A stretch of 62,317 nt of DNA, filler included, from Chiloscyllium plagiosum (GCF_004010195.1; 3 parts of one record of this genome joined end to end with filler, not necessarily neighbours in it), one strand, 5' to 3'; shown: positions 13,274-26,530, numbered from the whole stretch's first letter. Notes: generated by a model from the sequence alone, not told the origin. A program made the numbers and translations.

Positions 13274-13625
13274 CAGGCGGCTTTGTCACTCAGTGGTTAG
13301 AGCTGCTGCCTCACAGCACCAGGGACCTGGGTTTGATTCCAGTCTCGGGCAACTGTCTGTGTGGAGTTTGTAGATTCTCCCCGTGTTTGCAAGAGTTTCC
13401 TCCGGGTGCTCCAGTTTCCTCCCACAATCCAAAGATGTGCAGGTTAGGTAAATTGGCCATGCTAAATTGCCCATAGCGCTCAGAGATGTGTAGGTGAGGT
13501 GCGTCGGGGGTAAATGTACAGCAATGGGGTAGGGGAATGGGTCTGGGTGGGTTACTCTTCGGAGGGTTAGTGTGGACTTGTTGGGCTGAAGGGCCTGTTT
13601 CCACACTGTACGGATTTAATGATTT
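13274..13625 (+). mobile_element. HE1-type V-SINE
   Basis: A/B boxes, V-domain and tail gggcctgtttccacactgta. Confidence 0.85.
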
Positions 13626-14379
13626 AATGATACATGTTGAATGCATCAGATGGAGTCATTGAGTCATTCAGCGTGGAAACAGACCCTTTGCTTCAACCAG
13701 TCCATGCCGAACATAATCCAAAACTAAACTAGTCCCACCTACATGCTCCTGGCCATATCCCTCCAAACCTTTCCTATTCATGTACCTATCTAAACATCTT
13801 TTAAACATTGTAATCGGCTGTCTTGAGGGCGAAGGTTTGAGGACCTGGGTGGTAGTGATGGTAGCTTGAAGACCAATGGCTCTAAATTGGTGGGACTCAA
13901 AATCAGAGCAATGAGAGTCTGCAAGTTCTTATGACAACGATGCAATATGTTAAAATTGTTTTTGGAGCAAGACGGTTGTTTTCATAATGAGTTTTGGTTA
14001 CTTCTAGTGGTTTAGTGAAGGGAATTAATTTTTGGAATAATTGTAGATTGAATGGATAATGACTTGTTGCTTTTTCTGTCAATGTAGTATTCAATCCTTT
14101 CAATTATTACATTTCTTTTCCAATGGATGCCTGTTCTTGATGACAAATATTAAACCAGAAGTTAGAGATATGTAGTACCAACAAGACTTTAAGGTTTTGG
14201 AACTTTAAATGTGTCATTTATAACTTTTTTTGTTTTCCAAATTAGATTTAATTTGAAGCTTTAAAATGGTACTCATTAAATTCTTGAGAAATGTTCATAA
14301 ATGAATCTTTTATTCATCATGTTAGAGTACACATTGATTGGCTGTAAGTGGGATCTTGCTGCACCACATTTGTACAGAG

Positions 14380-14650
14380 GGGAGGTGAAGGCCTAGTGGT
14401 AGTATTGCTGGATTGTTAACTCAGAGATCCAGGTAATGGTCTGGGAACCTGGGTTCAACTCTCGCCGTGGCAGATGGTGGAATTTGAATTCAACAGAAAA
14501 AGTCTAGAATTGCAAGTCAGTGAAGGCCATGAATCCAAAGAACCCATCTCGTTCACTAATGTCCTTTAGGGAAAGAAACTGCCATCCTGACCTGGTCCGG
14601 CTGACATGTGACTCCAGACCCACATCAATGTGGTTGACTCTTAATTGGCC
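14380..14650 (+). mobile_element. Second tRNA-derived SINE family
   Basis: ggcctagtggt A box, ctgggttcaact B box, body ggcagatggtggaatttgaattc..cactaatgtcctttagggaa. Reverse copies at about 20210-20560 and 39930-40240. Confidence 0.65.
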
Positions 14651-14653
14651 ACC

Positions 14654-15000
14654 GGGTGGCATGGTGACACAATGGTGAGCACTGCCGTCTCACAGTGCCA
14701 GGGACCCGGATTCGATTCCAGCCTTGTGTGGAGATTTCACGTTCTCCCTGTGTCTGCATGGGTTTCCACCGGATGCTCTGATTTTCTTCCGCAGTCAGAA
14801 GAGGTTGAATGGTTAAGTGAATTGGCCATGCTAAATTGCTCCATAGTGTCCCAGGGATGTGCAAGCTAGATGGATTAGCTACAGGAAATGCAGGGTTACA
14901 GGAATAGGATGTGGGCGTGGATCTGGATGGGATGCTCTATGGAGAATCATTGCAAAGTTGTTAGGCTGAATGGCTTCTTTCTGCACAGTAGAGATTCTAT
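14654..15000 (+). mobile_element. Older HE1-type V-SINE
   Basis: tRNA-like head, V-domain and gattctat tail. Confidence 0.8.
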
Positions 15001-15139
15001 GAGTCTAATTTTTTTTGAGGTATTTTAGGTGTTGCAGGTGATTTCCTTGAATTCCAGGAGCAGCAATTACTGTTTTATATGCTGTTGCATTGTTTTGGAA
15101 TTTTGGAAAAAAAAAGTCAAAACAACAGCAGTTTTAAAA

Positions 15140-15239
15140 NNNNNNNNNNNNNNNNNNNNNNNNNNNNNNNNNNNNNNNNNNNNTTAATTAATTAANNNNN
15201 NNNNNNNNNNNNNNNNNNNNNNNNNNNNNNNNNNNNNNN
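15140..15239. other. Artificial contig spacer N44-TTAATTAATTAA-N44
   Basis: Exactly 100 nt with a central all-frame-stop palindrome; identical to 46406-46505. Confidence 0.97.
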
Positions 15240-15375
15240 CACATGGAGGAAACCCACACAGACACATGGAGGAAACCCACACAGACACATGGAGGAAACC
15301 CACACAGACACATGGAGGAAACCCACACAGGCACATGGAGGAAACCCACATAGACACATGGAGGAAACCCACAGA
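15240..15375. repeat. 23-bp minisatellite (CACATGGAGGAAACCCACACAGA) x about 6 inside a reverse HE1 SINE (to about 15443)
   Basis: Units start at 15240, 15263, 15286, 15309, 15332 and 15355; the unit derives from the SINE V-domain; truncated by the gap. Confidence 0.9.
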
Positions 15376-17263
15376 CATGGGGAGAACGTCCAAACTCCAC
15401 ACAGACAGTTGTCCAAGGCTGGCCACTGAACCACCGTGCCGCCTTGAACTGTCAGGGCAATCATATGAATCATTTTGGAAATGCAAGTCTTTCTTCCAAG
15501 CTGAAATCCAGATTGGGTCTGAACATGAGAAAATAAAGAAAATGTATGTTCTCAAAAGAGAATTGTGAAACAGAAATAAAACTGTAGAGATATGGGGAAT
15601 ACGCAGAAAGCTGTGACTATTTAGATAGCGCTTTCAAAGAGCTAATTTCAGCATGATGGTTGGAATGGTCTTCTGTATCATTCAATGTTTCTCCACAAGC
15701 TGAATGTCAGGGGATGAGAACATTGCTGGAAAGGTCAATGTTTAATGCCCATCCCTAACTGCCATTGAAAAGATGATGGGAAGCTGTTTTCCCATGTTCT
15801 TGAATGACTGCAGTCTATGTGGTACAGTTATTCCCACAGTGCTGTAAGGGGATAAGTTCCTGCATTTTAACCCAGTGGCACTGAAGGATCAGGGATATAT
15901 TTCCAAGGCAGGAGAATATGTGGCTTGGACAAAACTTGGTGGTGGTCCCATGTATCTGCTGCCCTTGTCCTTCTAGGTAGGTTTGAAAAGAGCTAGGTGC
16001 ATTGCTCTAATGCCTGTACACATTGCTGCTACTGCATCTTATTAGTGATGGACGGGATTATTGGATGTGGTGGGTGGCCATATGTTTCAAGTAGACTGCT
16101 TTGTTCTGGGCGGTGCCAAGCTTCTTGAAGGTTGTTGGAGCTGCACTCATCCATGCAAGTAGAGAGTATTCCATCACTAATGGAATACTCTCTACTTGCA
16201 TGGACTTGTGGCTATCGTGTGCTTTCAGAATGTCCTGTCTTTGTTTTATTTTTGGACTTCAACACCAGGAATATTTTCTGATTTCAAACTGTTGCTTTAT
16301 CCACCCCTTGTTGATCTTGAATGCTCCCTGGAGCCAGCAAGCTCACAAATGTGTGATCACAGAGCCCCTGCTCACGCCGATCCTACCTGACAAAACCCTT
16401 TCCCATCAGCAGTGATTCGCTATGTACCTCTTACAAGTTGATATCAAAGAGTTAAAATAATTCTGTGACTTCACCACCACTGTGCCCCCACCCCCCACCC
16501 CACTCCCAAAAGATAGTTTAAATTCCCAAATGACCCATAAGTTTGAGCTCTGACCAGGTCTTTGATCATTAGAAAGTTGAATGAATGAACTTCTCCCCTC
16601 AGAGGCCTCTGAGGGTTAGTAAACACTAGAATTAAAGCCTTATGTGATAGATAAGTCAGAGATAAAATCACAGTTAAGTTTAAAGACTCCAGCATCAGAT
16701 AAGAGTTTGAAGATTAGAAGGCTACCCATTGCTTTTACTGTGGGCCCACATTAATTAAGAAAACAGGTGCCTCAATGTGGTGTTTAAGAATTATTGTTAT
16801 CCCTGTCAGGAAATGAGATAATTTAGGGAGCCAATTACTTGTATTTGTGTAAATAGAATGATCTTGAAAAGCTATTTAACGTGATACTCTTCACAACACT
16901 GTTTCTTTACATTTGGTACTTCGGTTAAAGATTAAATTTGTTCACATATGATAGAGGAAGTGGCGCAGAGCAGTGAATTGCTGCCTTTTATCCCAATTGT
17001 GAGATCTTTAAGAAGGTGTGGAGAAACTATTCAGTAACAGACTCCTGTCAGTAAGTTAACGTGAATGAGAAACTGTTCCTTAAGGGGTTTCATTAAAACT
17101 TAATCCTAGAGTGGCTTTCAAAGAATACAATCATAATCCCAAAGAAAATTAGGGACAAAATGCCACTGAGCCAAATGAGCAAACATAACCAAAAACCTGG
17201 TCAAATATATTGATTTTTAAGGGTGTTTCAAAGGAGGCGAGAGAGAAACATTTGTGAAGAGAG

Positions 17264-17386
17264 GAACAAATTATTGCTGGAATCTGTACTGAAAACAATA
17301 AATGCTGGAGATCACAAAGGGTCAGACAGCATCCATGGAGAGAGAAAAAGCTAATATTTTGAGTCTAGTTGACTCTTCATCATAGC
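17264..17386 (-). mobile_element. Short Penelope-tail-like element with degenerate hammerhead motif and 9-bp direct flanks
   Basis: Minus strand reads (A)TGATGA-AGAGTC-AACTA-GACTC-AAAA; flanks TGAAGAGAG at 17255-17263 and 17387-17395. Confidence 0.5.
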
Positions 17387-17919
17387 TGAAGAGAGTCATA
17401 ATGGTGAGGACCCAGGCAACTGATGGCACAGCTGCCAATAATAGAGTGAGGAAAATAAGGATGCACATGGGTCCTTCAGAATTGGATAAGTGCTGTGATC
17501 TCAGGGAGTTGTAAGACTGGATGTAGTTTCAGAGATGAGAATGAGCATTTTAAAGTTGTTTAACATAGCAATTGGTCTGAGTTAACAGAGTTGATTGTCA
17601 AGCACAGTGGATATAAGACCTTAAGACCATACGATATAGGAGCTGAATTAGACCATTCAGTGACCTGAGACATTAACTCTGCTTCTTCTGCACAGATGCC
17701 TCAGAGTTTCACCATCAATTTCTGTTTTTCCTATGGAAGTAAATGTATTGGTGTTCATTGAGACCCACAGGAGGACCCAAATTTCCTGGTCTTCATGAAT
17801 TTATCCAAGTGAACTTTTGGAACAGTCAGCTGCATTCACCTCAGGAGCTTAAGCCATTAATAACAGCACGCACTATCTAGTACATTCAATGCTGGACACA
17901 ATAAGGTGTCAAACTTTGT

Positions 17920-18310
17920 TTAGTGAGACAACTTCTGTGTCAGAAAGTTGTGGGTTTTAATTCCCACTCCAGGGACCTGAGCACAAAATCTAGCCTGACA
18001 ATTCCAGCACTGTCAGAGATACTGTCTTTCAGATAGGGCATTAAACAAAGGCTTCAACTGCCCTCTCAGATCAATATAAAAGATCCCACAACACTAATTT
18101 GAAGAAGAGCAGGGTAGTTCTCCCTCAGGCCAATATTTATTCTTCAATCAATGAAACTAGAAAAGTTTGCCAGGTGATTTCACATAGTTGTTTGTGGGAT
18201 CTTGCTGTGTGCACATTAACTTCTGCTTCAAAAGAACTTCATTGACTGTAAAGTGCTTTGGGATGCCCTGAGAATAAATAGGTGACTATAGGACTATAAG
18301 CCTTCCTTTG
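17920..18310 (+). mobile_element. DeuSINE/SacSINE1-like SINE
   Basis: gtcagaaagttgtgggt..cccactccaggga..aaaagatcccac..gaagaagagcaggg..gtttgtgggatcttgctgtg..gtaaagtgctttgggatg. Confidence 0.7.
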
Positions 18311-18962
18311 TTTCTCAGGCATTTATTCCACAGGATTGTGAGAAAGAAGTGGCTGCCAAAGAAAGGCCATGTTCGAAGGAGATGACCAAAAGCTTCTTCA
18401 AAGAGTTAGGTCCTCAAGTTCTGTCTACAGCTTGATGCATGTTAGTAGAACAATATGAAGGTAGTTATTTCGCTGGGAAGGGATTCAAACATGGACGTGT
18501 AGTGTCAAAACAGCACAGAAGGAGATCATTTAGCCCATCAGGTCTATGCTAACTTTTTGAAAACTACCATTTCGTCAAATTCCCTACCTGTTCTTTACTA
18601 ACAGCTCTGCAAATTTGTGCTCATCAACTATTTACCCTGAAGTTACTCTTGAATCTGCGGTGTCTGCTCTTTCAGACTATTCCACTTCACAAGAATTAGC
18701 TGTGTTAGAAAGAAAATTCCTCACTTCACCTCCATTCTCTGGTTACAGACACTTCTACCTTTGTGAGAAGTCTTTTTTAATTGACTCTATCAAAGTTGTT
18801 TATGGTTGTGAAGCTAGCCATCAAATCTTTTCCTAACCTCCTCTGCTCTAAAGACATGAGCCTTGATTGTCTATTCCTTTTCCATAACTGAAGTGCCTCA
18901 TATCTACCATTCCAATCAATCTGTTCTACACCCTCTCCAAGGCCTTGACAACATTCCTAAGG

Positions 18963-19159
18963 TGAAAGTGAGGACTGCAGATGTAGAGATTAGATTTAAG
19001 ATGAGGCTGGTGCTGGAAAAGCACAACAGGTCAGGCAGTATCCGAGGAGCAGGAAAATCGGCGTTTTGGGCAGGCCTCACTTCCTGAAAATGTCGATTTT
19101 CCTGCTCCTCAGATGCTGCCTGACATGCTGTGCTTTTCCAGCACCACTCTAATCTTGAC
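18963..19159. mobile_element. Short fold-back (inverted-arm) retro-like element with 11-bp TSD, inside an old CR1
   Basis: Arm tggtgctggaaaagcac..ggagcaggaaaatcg and its reverse complement; TSD CATTCCTAAGG at 18952-18962 and 19160-19170. Confidence 0.8.
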
Positions 19160-21619
19160 CATTCCTAAGGCGCGATTCTCAGATTTGAACACCCCTCGCT
19201 AACTCAGATATAAACAATGCTTAATAGAAGGTTAGCATAACTTTCTTGCAATTCTCTATTCTCCCACAAGTAAAGCCTAAGATATCATTCACTTTTATTT
19301 AAACAGCTTTCTCAAGTTGTTTCAATGCCTTCAAAGTTTGTGGCATACAACCTCAGCTCCTTCTGTTTCTGTAACCAGTCTAACACTGTACCATTGCTTT
19401 ATATTGCCTCTCACAATTTTCCTGCTCAAAATCTCTTACTTCATATAACTCTATGTTAAATGTCATCTGCCACATGTTTGTCCATTTCACTAGTCCATAT
19501 TCTCCCCAAGTCTTTCTTTACTATCTTTCCCATTGTTTCAACAGATGTTGTATCAACCGTTGATATTATGATTTTTGTGACCAAGTACAAGTCCATGTAT
19601 CAAACATTTCTGCAGCACTAACACATGTCTCTCTCGAGACTGAAAGAAACCGGTTGCCAGGATTGTCTGCTTTCTGTTCCCTAACCGTTTTGCATCCAGG
19701 TATCACTGTCCCTCATTCTATGGATTTTAAATTTACCGATATTGGATAAGCATCCAAATACACAGTGTCAATCACAACCGCTGATCTGTCCCCTCCATTA
19801 AGTAGAGAAGGACAGAGTGATTGACTACATCAAAGACTGTAATGGATTCCTTTGCTGCAGATACCTGATGGGAGGGATTTAATGTTGACAATGCGGGTGA
19901 GAGAGTGGGGTTTCACCCACAGGCTGGAGAACTGGCCAGAGAGATGGGTTGCCTCCAGTGTAAAAGGTCTGATGGAATTATGCACAGATCATCAGGAAAC
20001 CAACTGGTCAGCATCAAGTTTTCCCCACGATTTAGAATCAGAAATCTCAATCCCAAGAGCCACCTGTCATTCAGAGGTCTGTTTCAATCCTGTAGATTTT
20101 AGTAACGGATAGAGTGAAATATATTTTGTTATTAGTAGCACCGATAAGGATTGATAACAAAACATCAAATCACGTGTGTCTAAAAGAATAAAAATGTGAA
20201 CTTTTGTTTGAATGAATTCACAGGATGTGGGCATTTCTAGCTAGGCCAGCATTTATTGCCCTCTCTAGTTGCCTAGTGGGTAGTTAAGATTCAAGCTCAT
20301 TGTCGGGGGTTTGCACTCACATGTAGGCCAGACCAAGTAGGGATGGTAGATTTCTTTCCCAAACATTAATCAACCTGATGGGTTTTCCCTGACAATTGGC
20401 AATAGTTTCATGGTCATCATTAAACTCTGAATTCCAGATTCTTATTAAATTAAATTCCACCATCTGCCATAGCAGGACTTAAACCTCAGAATGCAGGATT
20501 AATAATCTAGTAATTTACTGACAATTTGATTAGTATCTGAATTCACCAGGCCATCACTGCCACGCATAAAGTAGCACCAACTGATTGAGTAAAGTTTAAA
20601 AACATGAACATGGGAAGATTGAAAGTTTATCTTTTAAATTATATCTTCTACCACTAAGCACCATCTTTGATGTATCTGTCAAAACTGGTGAGTGTCATTT
20701 ATGTCATCAATATTTAATTACATGTTTATAACTAAGTTATGTTCCTTGTTTAACATTATAATTTTACATGGAAATATTTATGTAAATGAAAAGCAGAGAT
20801 AGTCTTAAAAAAAAGACTTAGTGAGTAAATCCCAGAGCATTGTGGTCAGATGACTGAAGGCCTGGCCATCAGTGCGAAGATGATGAAACCAGGGATTGAG
20901 GGAGAAGATAAATTTGAGAAAGCACAGTGATCGCTAGCACAGGCCACCACATTTCAATAGAATATTGATCAGCCATCAGGAGCAAATATCCCTTGACTTT
21001 CTTCCCACTTCTTTGCCCAGAGGCTAGCTCAGTATAGACCACAGGATTAGGTACAGGGTACTATTTCACCCTGGCTCGGACCTCAAATTGTCTGTATTGG
21101 GCAGACAAGAAAAAAATGAACTTAAATCCAATTATCCACTTGTCAAATTAGGGTGACAAGTTTATTAATACCATAAAAGTTCCTCTCAAGAATGACTATT
21201 AGACTAAATTGATTCTCACCAGTTCAGAAACTTTTATGTCCAACTAATTTCTCATTTATTCTCCTCTCATGTACTCAACTAAACTACACTTTGAATGTGT
21301 CTCCCTCGACAGCCATTGATATTTTAATCAGCTTGAGTTTCCTGCAAACTGCCCTTGCACGGTGGATTAGTCTGATAGTTGCCCCAATTATTCCCAATCA
21401 GATGGAGAAACAGTAGGCTGTTCACCTCAGGCAGGTAGAGAAGACCGGAATTTCTGGAGTATCTCCATGACTACAGTGCTTTGCAACCAACAAAGTGATT
21501 TTTTTGAGGTGTGGTCATTGCTGAAATGTAGAAGAAACAGCAAATTGTGCACAGCAAGGCCTCAGAAAAGGAAATTACCAGGACAATCTGTTTTAGTGAT
21601 TAAATATTGGCCTAGGAAT

Positions 21620-21895
21620 CCCACCATGTGAAAGGAGACCACTTGACCCATCGATTCCACACCGCCCCTCTGAAGAATATCCCAGCCAGACAACCTCCTT
21701 ACCCTGCATTTTCCATCTATCCTCCACACCGGATGGGGTGATTTAGCATGACCAATCCAAATAAACTGCATATCTTTGGACTGGCAGATCACCCGGAGAA
21801 ACTTACGCAAACTCCACACAGTCATCCATGGCTAGAATCAAACCAAGGTCCCTCGCGCTATGAGGCAATGGTGCTAACCACTGAGCCACTACGCT
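21620..21895 (-). mobile_element. Old HE1-type SINE nested in a reverse DeuSINE-like copy (about 21480-22120)
   Basis: aaactccacacagtc..gctaaccactgagccac; DeuSINE-like sequence on both sides. Confidence 0.65.
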
Positions 21896-24269
21896 ACCCT
21901 CTGCTGGGAAAGGGAACTCTGCTGACCTTCTTTGAAATAGCACACAGAATCTTTTTGATCTGTTAGAGATGGTAGACACGGCCTTAGCTTAATACATCAT
22001 CCAAACGATTGCAGCTTTGACAATGCACCCATTCCACTCAAGTATTAGCCTTCATTTTGTGTTCTGTTCTTGCTGTAGAACTTTAAGCTCAATCTTCTGA
22101 CTCAGTGTTCCCCACTGAGTAACAATAAATACACCCCACAAGTTGTTGCAACTTCTGAATGACATGAGCAATGGTGAGTCAGTTGGGAAACAATGACGAG
22201 ATTGGAAAAATTAGCTTCTTGGAATCAAGAAAAGAACGCCCAATTTTTCCACCCAAAGTTTTAAAGGTGAGATGAGAATTGCACCAATGTGCAGCAAGAA
22301 GCCGATCTGCCTGCATTATCTTCTCATTATTACCTAATCTCACTCACTTATATACCATTTGCCCTTCTCCCACTAAACAGTGAGAAATTAGATGATGACA
22401 ATTCCTCACTGAGTGGGTGCTTGGTGTCTCCAGTTTGCCACTTGCATCTCTGGAACTCTGCCCTGGCCAGCATTCTCCAACATCACAGAGCATGCTCCTG
22501 CCACCCCCTCTCATCCACACTGGGTCACATCAGACCTGCTTTACCACACCCCATTATGGTAGATCTTTGAATCACCAACAGTACAGTTCACCATTTTATT
22601 AATGCACTTTGAACACACTACGTGGGAATGCTCAAAACTAGGCCGCTTGCCATAGTTACCAACAGTGGCCGTTTGAGGGGGTGGGGGTGGCAGACATATT
22701 GCTGTGTGGCACAATGCTCCATCAATGTCTTACCTACTTCATGTGCCAGCAGCATATGCCATAAACTTATTGCATGCAACTCAACCAGATAGCCAATGCT
22801 CAAATTCTAAGGGGACAAGTCCAGGGAACCCATAGTCAGTCAAGGGATACCAGTATAGTAAGTCAATCTGTGCAGTGGCTTGGACACAGTCAGTCGGCCA
22901 TATGCGACAGTCAGGATCAGGGGGTTCTTACCATTAAAGCTAGAGAGTGGGCCATGGTCAGTCCAGTGCAACCAATCAGGTGATTAGCAGGAAGCAAATT
23001 AGGGCATGGCACAGACATCAGGCAGGGTCCAGTCATTCATCAGACTGAGCTGACCTTCTCAGTCACTCAGTGCACTGGCCAACGGTCAGTCCCGAGAGCC
23101 TGTCACATTGAACATTATATGGGGTTATCAGAGGCTGCCGCTGTGCTGGACAATTTGGGAAAATCATCTGTGGGGATGCAGAGGGAACAATAGTCGAAAA
23201 GGGAGAGCTCAGGGAGTAAAGTATGGGGAATGAGGTTTGAATAAAACAGTTAAGGGGAACACACAAAAGCTCATAGAACTGATAGAGTTGACAGGGAGTG
23301 CAATGAAAAAGCAACATAAAAGCTTGGGTTGGGGGGAAGTCACCTAGAATGACAGGCCAAGCCTAGTCTGTGAAGCACTCCTTCCTCCTCATCTGAACAC
23401 TCAACGGAAATGAAAAGCAGCTGCCATTACATCCAGAGTGAACAGAGCCAAGTGGTTTCCTTCTGTCTGACAAAGTGGGTTGTGAGCAATCTGAGACTGT
23501 TCGAGGGGTAATTGCATTAACCAAGTATTTACACAACGTGGGTTAAAGACATTTGTAACCACAGAACTCTGCACATGAACAACATCCAGTGACCAAATCT
23601 CCATATGCAAAGATTCGCAACAACCAAGCTTGCCGATCCCATTGGTCAATATAGATCGACGATTTCCATCTTTGTGAAAGAGATGTAATCAGGTGACCAT
23701 TAAAGTGTTACCCACCCATCACAATTCACAAAGATAACGCAAGGTTTTCAGGGATGCTGAGCTGCTTCCCTCTCACCTTGAACTGGAAATACGTGACAAC
23801 ATATTGTTATATGCAACGCTGCTTATCTTGGGTGATGTGAGAAGTCAGGGTGGTGTTTAACTAATCCGATTGTACTCACAATCTCTTCTGTATGTGCACA
23901 TCATGATCTGTGCTGTATACGTCTGAATAAGGTCTACTATGTCAAAGGTCCATATATAGATATTCACAGACTTGCTTGTCAGAGTTCTCCATGTCCCACT
24001 GTTTGGATGAGCATGCTAGAGTATTAATAGTGAGAAATATGTATGCAGATTGCTAACACTACTGTGGAGCTGTTTTGTATCTGAGGCTCATCATAATCAT
24101 CGGCAATGGATCCAGTCACATCAGGAGTTATTGTCGTTGTGGCCCCTGGACATTAAAGGTGCAGAGGTATGGAAGAGGAACTATATCAGCAAGCCCAGCG
24201 CAAGCCCCAACCTTCAGAGGTTGCTGGGTAGTCTCCACATGAAGAGCTGAAGTGCCCCATAGGATATAC

Positions 24270-24560
24270 AGGAGGTACAGAGTGTTTCATTCTTGATGCC
24301 ACTTTCTCCAGATGAGCGAGACACAGTGTCAATGCAGACTGAGGACTTCATGGGAAATGGTCAAAGAACTTGGTCCATGTGCAGGAACAGAGCCTGAGAT
24401 CGGATTATGCTGTATCCTGGTGGCTGCTGCGCTAAACAGTTTTGCAACTGACTGTTTCCAAGGCTCTCACTGGAAATCTGTGGGGGAATCTATCAATCTT
24501 CATCCCACAAATGTATCAGAGCTTTTACTGATGTGATTTGTGCCAGATCACACTACTTCA
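24270..24560 (+). pseudogene. Harbinger/PIF (HARBI1-like) transposase N-terminal remnant, probably within a larger decayed element (about 22200-24980)
   Basis: LQMSETQCQCRLRTSWEMVKEL..AAALNSFATDCFQGS, then after a frameshift GNLWG-I-YQSSSHKCIRAFTDVICAR. Resembles HARBI1-like ALNFFATGSFQ..GDLCGISQSAAHKCI. Confidence 0.7.
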
Positions 24561-25740
24561 TCATGTTTACCCATGTCAAGGTCAGTGCTGCAGTCTGGGC
24601 AGGAGGTTTTGACAAAATAGTTGCACTCCAGCTGCAGGCTGACTGTACACAGGTCACATTGAGAATGCTGTAACATAAAGTAGTCTTCTTCAATGGAAAT
24701 GGGCACCATTCCACCAATGTACAAGTCACCCATGATCATTAGAGCCAAAACAAAGATGGCTGCACCAGGTCCCCTGGAAGCTGCCATGGTAACTACATCC
24801 TCGCAAGGTTCCTGCTGTGTTCTGAGGGTCAGATGCTTTACAAGAATGGCTCCTGGGAGACAAGGGCTACCCTCTACAGCCAGAGCCGCCATTCCATTAC
24901 ACAACCACCAACCCCCCAATCCCCCCCCAACCAATCCCCCCCAAACACTTAGCCGATTTTTGGCAAAATTCAGCCAGTAGTGTATAAAAGTAGATTGAAT
25001 AAGTCCAATTTTACATAAGTAATGAGTCAGCTGTCTATTTGACATTTCTTCTCATTTTTATTTGTCTGACTTTGATATTTCGGACTACTGTGAAGCCATC
25101 CACTTCATTTGCTTGCACAAAATCAATTTATTCTTTAAGGGAGCTACTTTCTTCACTCGCAAGTTCAACTAGTTCTGAACTCTGCTGAAGAACCTTTCTG
25201 CATAATGTTAGCCATCAGCTGTTGTCCAATGAATGGCACTGTCACTTCTGAATCGCAACGTTGTGCCTTTGAGTTCGATGTCAGAGTCTTGAGTGCATAA
25301 TTTAACCTGACCTTCCAATTTGATTTATTTATTTATTGTCACATGTTTTTTGTTACAAAATACAGTGAAAAGTGTTGTATTGTGTCACCACTCTCTGGCG
25401 CCATCTTAAAGCACAAACAAAAACAAAAAAGTAATAAAAAAAATGTTCAACTTGATAGTCTTTCTTGCTAAGTGCTCCACCACGTGCTGTCATTGGAATG
25501 AAAGTCACCACTCTTCAGCACCATCTCACCTCCACAGATGCCCTCCCCACTGTGAACCTCACTGGACCACTGATGTCACTGGGTACTGCACTGACCCGAA
25601 CTGGACTCTGCCGCCGCCATGTTTCTGCTTCAGGCCCACCTCGCCAATGCAGCTGCTGCAGATGCTGCAAGATCTCATGCTGGGCCCAATGCATGAGTGT
25701 ACGATCAAAGATTTCATTTTTCTGCTCTTAATCAGAGGCC

Positions 25741-26252
25741 TCACTTATGAAATACCATGCAAGAACTGTAACAAACACTACATTGGACAAACAAGCAGAA
25801 AACTAGCCACCAGGATACATGAACACCAACTAGCCACAAAACGATATGACCCTCTCTCACTAGTATCCTAACATACAGATGAGGAAGGACACCACTTCGA
25901 CTGGGACAACACATCCATCCTAGGACAAGCGAAACAGAGACACACCCGAGAATCTCTAGAAGCATGGCATTCCAACCAGAACTCTATCAACAAACACATC
26001 GAGTTAGACCCCATCTATCACCCCTGAGAAACAGAACAGGAAATGACATCACCACAGGAAATGACAGCACCAATCCAAAGAAACCCCAACATATAAATAG
26101 AAAGCAGGAATCATGTACACTGCTTCGCCTGAGGCCCACTGAAAATGTTACCTAGTATGGTGATGAAACATCTGGAAATGAACCTTCCAGCTCAGCGAGC
26201 AAACCTACATCTAGAACCTCAACCTGAGCTACAAATCTTCTCAAAACTCGCT
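25741..26252 (+). mobile_element. Penelope-like element 3' part: GIY-YIG endonuclease remnant + pseudo-LTR tail
   Basis: YEIPCKNCNKHYIGQTSRKLATRIHEH..*HTDEEGHHFDWDNTSILGQAKQRHTRESLEAWHS; tail holds a degenerate HHR at 26136-26175. Confidence 0.9.
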
Positions 26253-26259
26253 TCTTCCC

Positions 26260-26530
26260 TTCCTTCAGAGGAATGCAAAATATCCCTTGGAACTATTTTG
26301 AAGAAAAGCTGAAGAGTTTTTCCTTCTTATCCTCTCCAATATTTACACTGCAATCAATTTCTCAAAAACAGATCATCTGATCATTAACAACTTGCTGTTT
26401 GTGAGAATTTGCTGCATGCAAATTGGCTGTTGCATTTCTTACATCACAATACATTTCTAACGTATTGGGTTGAAGGTGCTTGGGACATCCTGAGGTCACA
26501 AAAGGAGATATATAATTGCAAGTCTTGCTC
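26260..26530 (+). mobile_element. DeuSINE-like SINE 3' part (its 5' part is at about 25225-25320)
   Basis: cttgctgtttgtgagaatttgctgcatgcaaattggctg..tgggacatcctgaggtcac..atataattgcaagtc. Confidence 0.6.

Noticed and set aside
15140..15239. TTAATTAATTAA palindrome flanked by Ns (also 46406-46505)
   Set aside because: Identical 100-nt synthetic contig linker with stops in all frames; not biological.
15240..15375. CRISPR-like regular repeat
   Set aside because: Contiguous units with no unique spacers, SINE-derived, eukaryotic context, no cas genes.
20920..20965. TVIASTGHH resembling PKHD1L1 IVIASTGHR
   Set aside because: Adjacent to an old L2-like fragment, no splice sites, and similarity does not extend.
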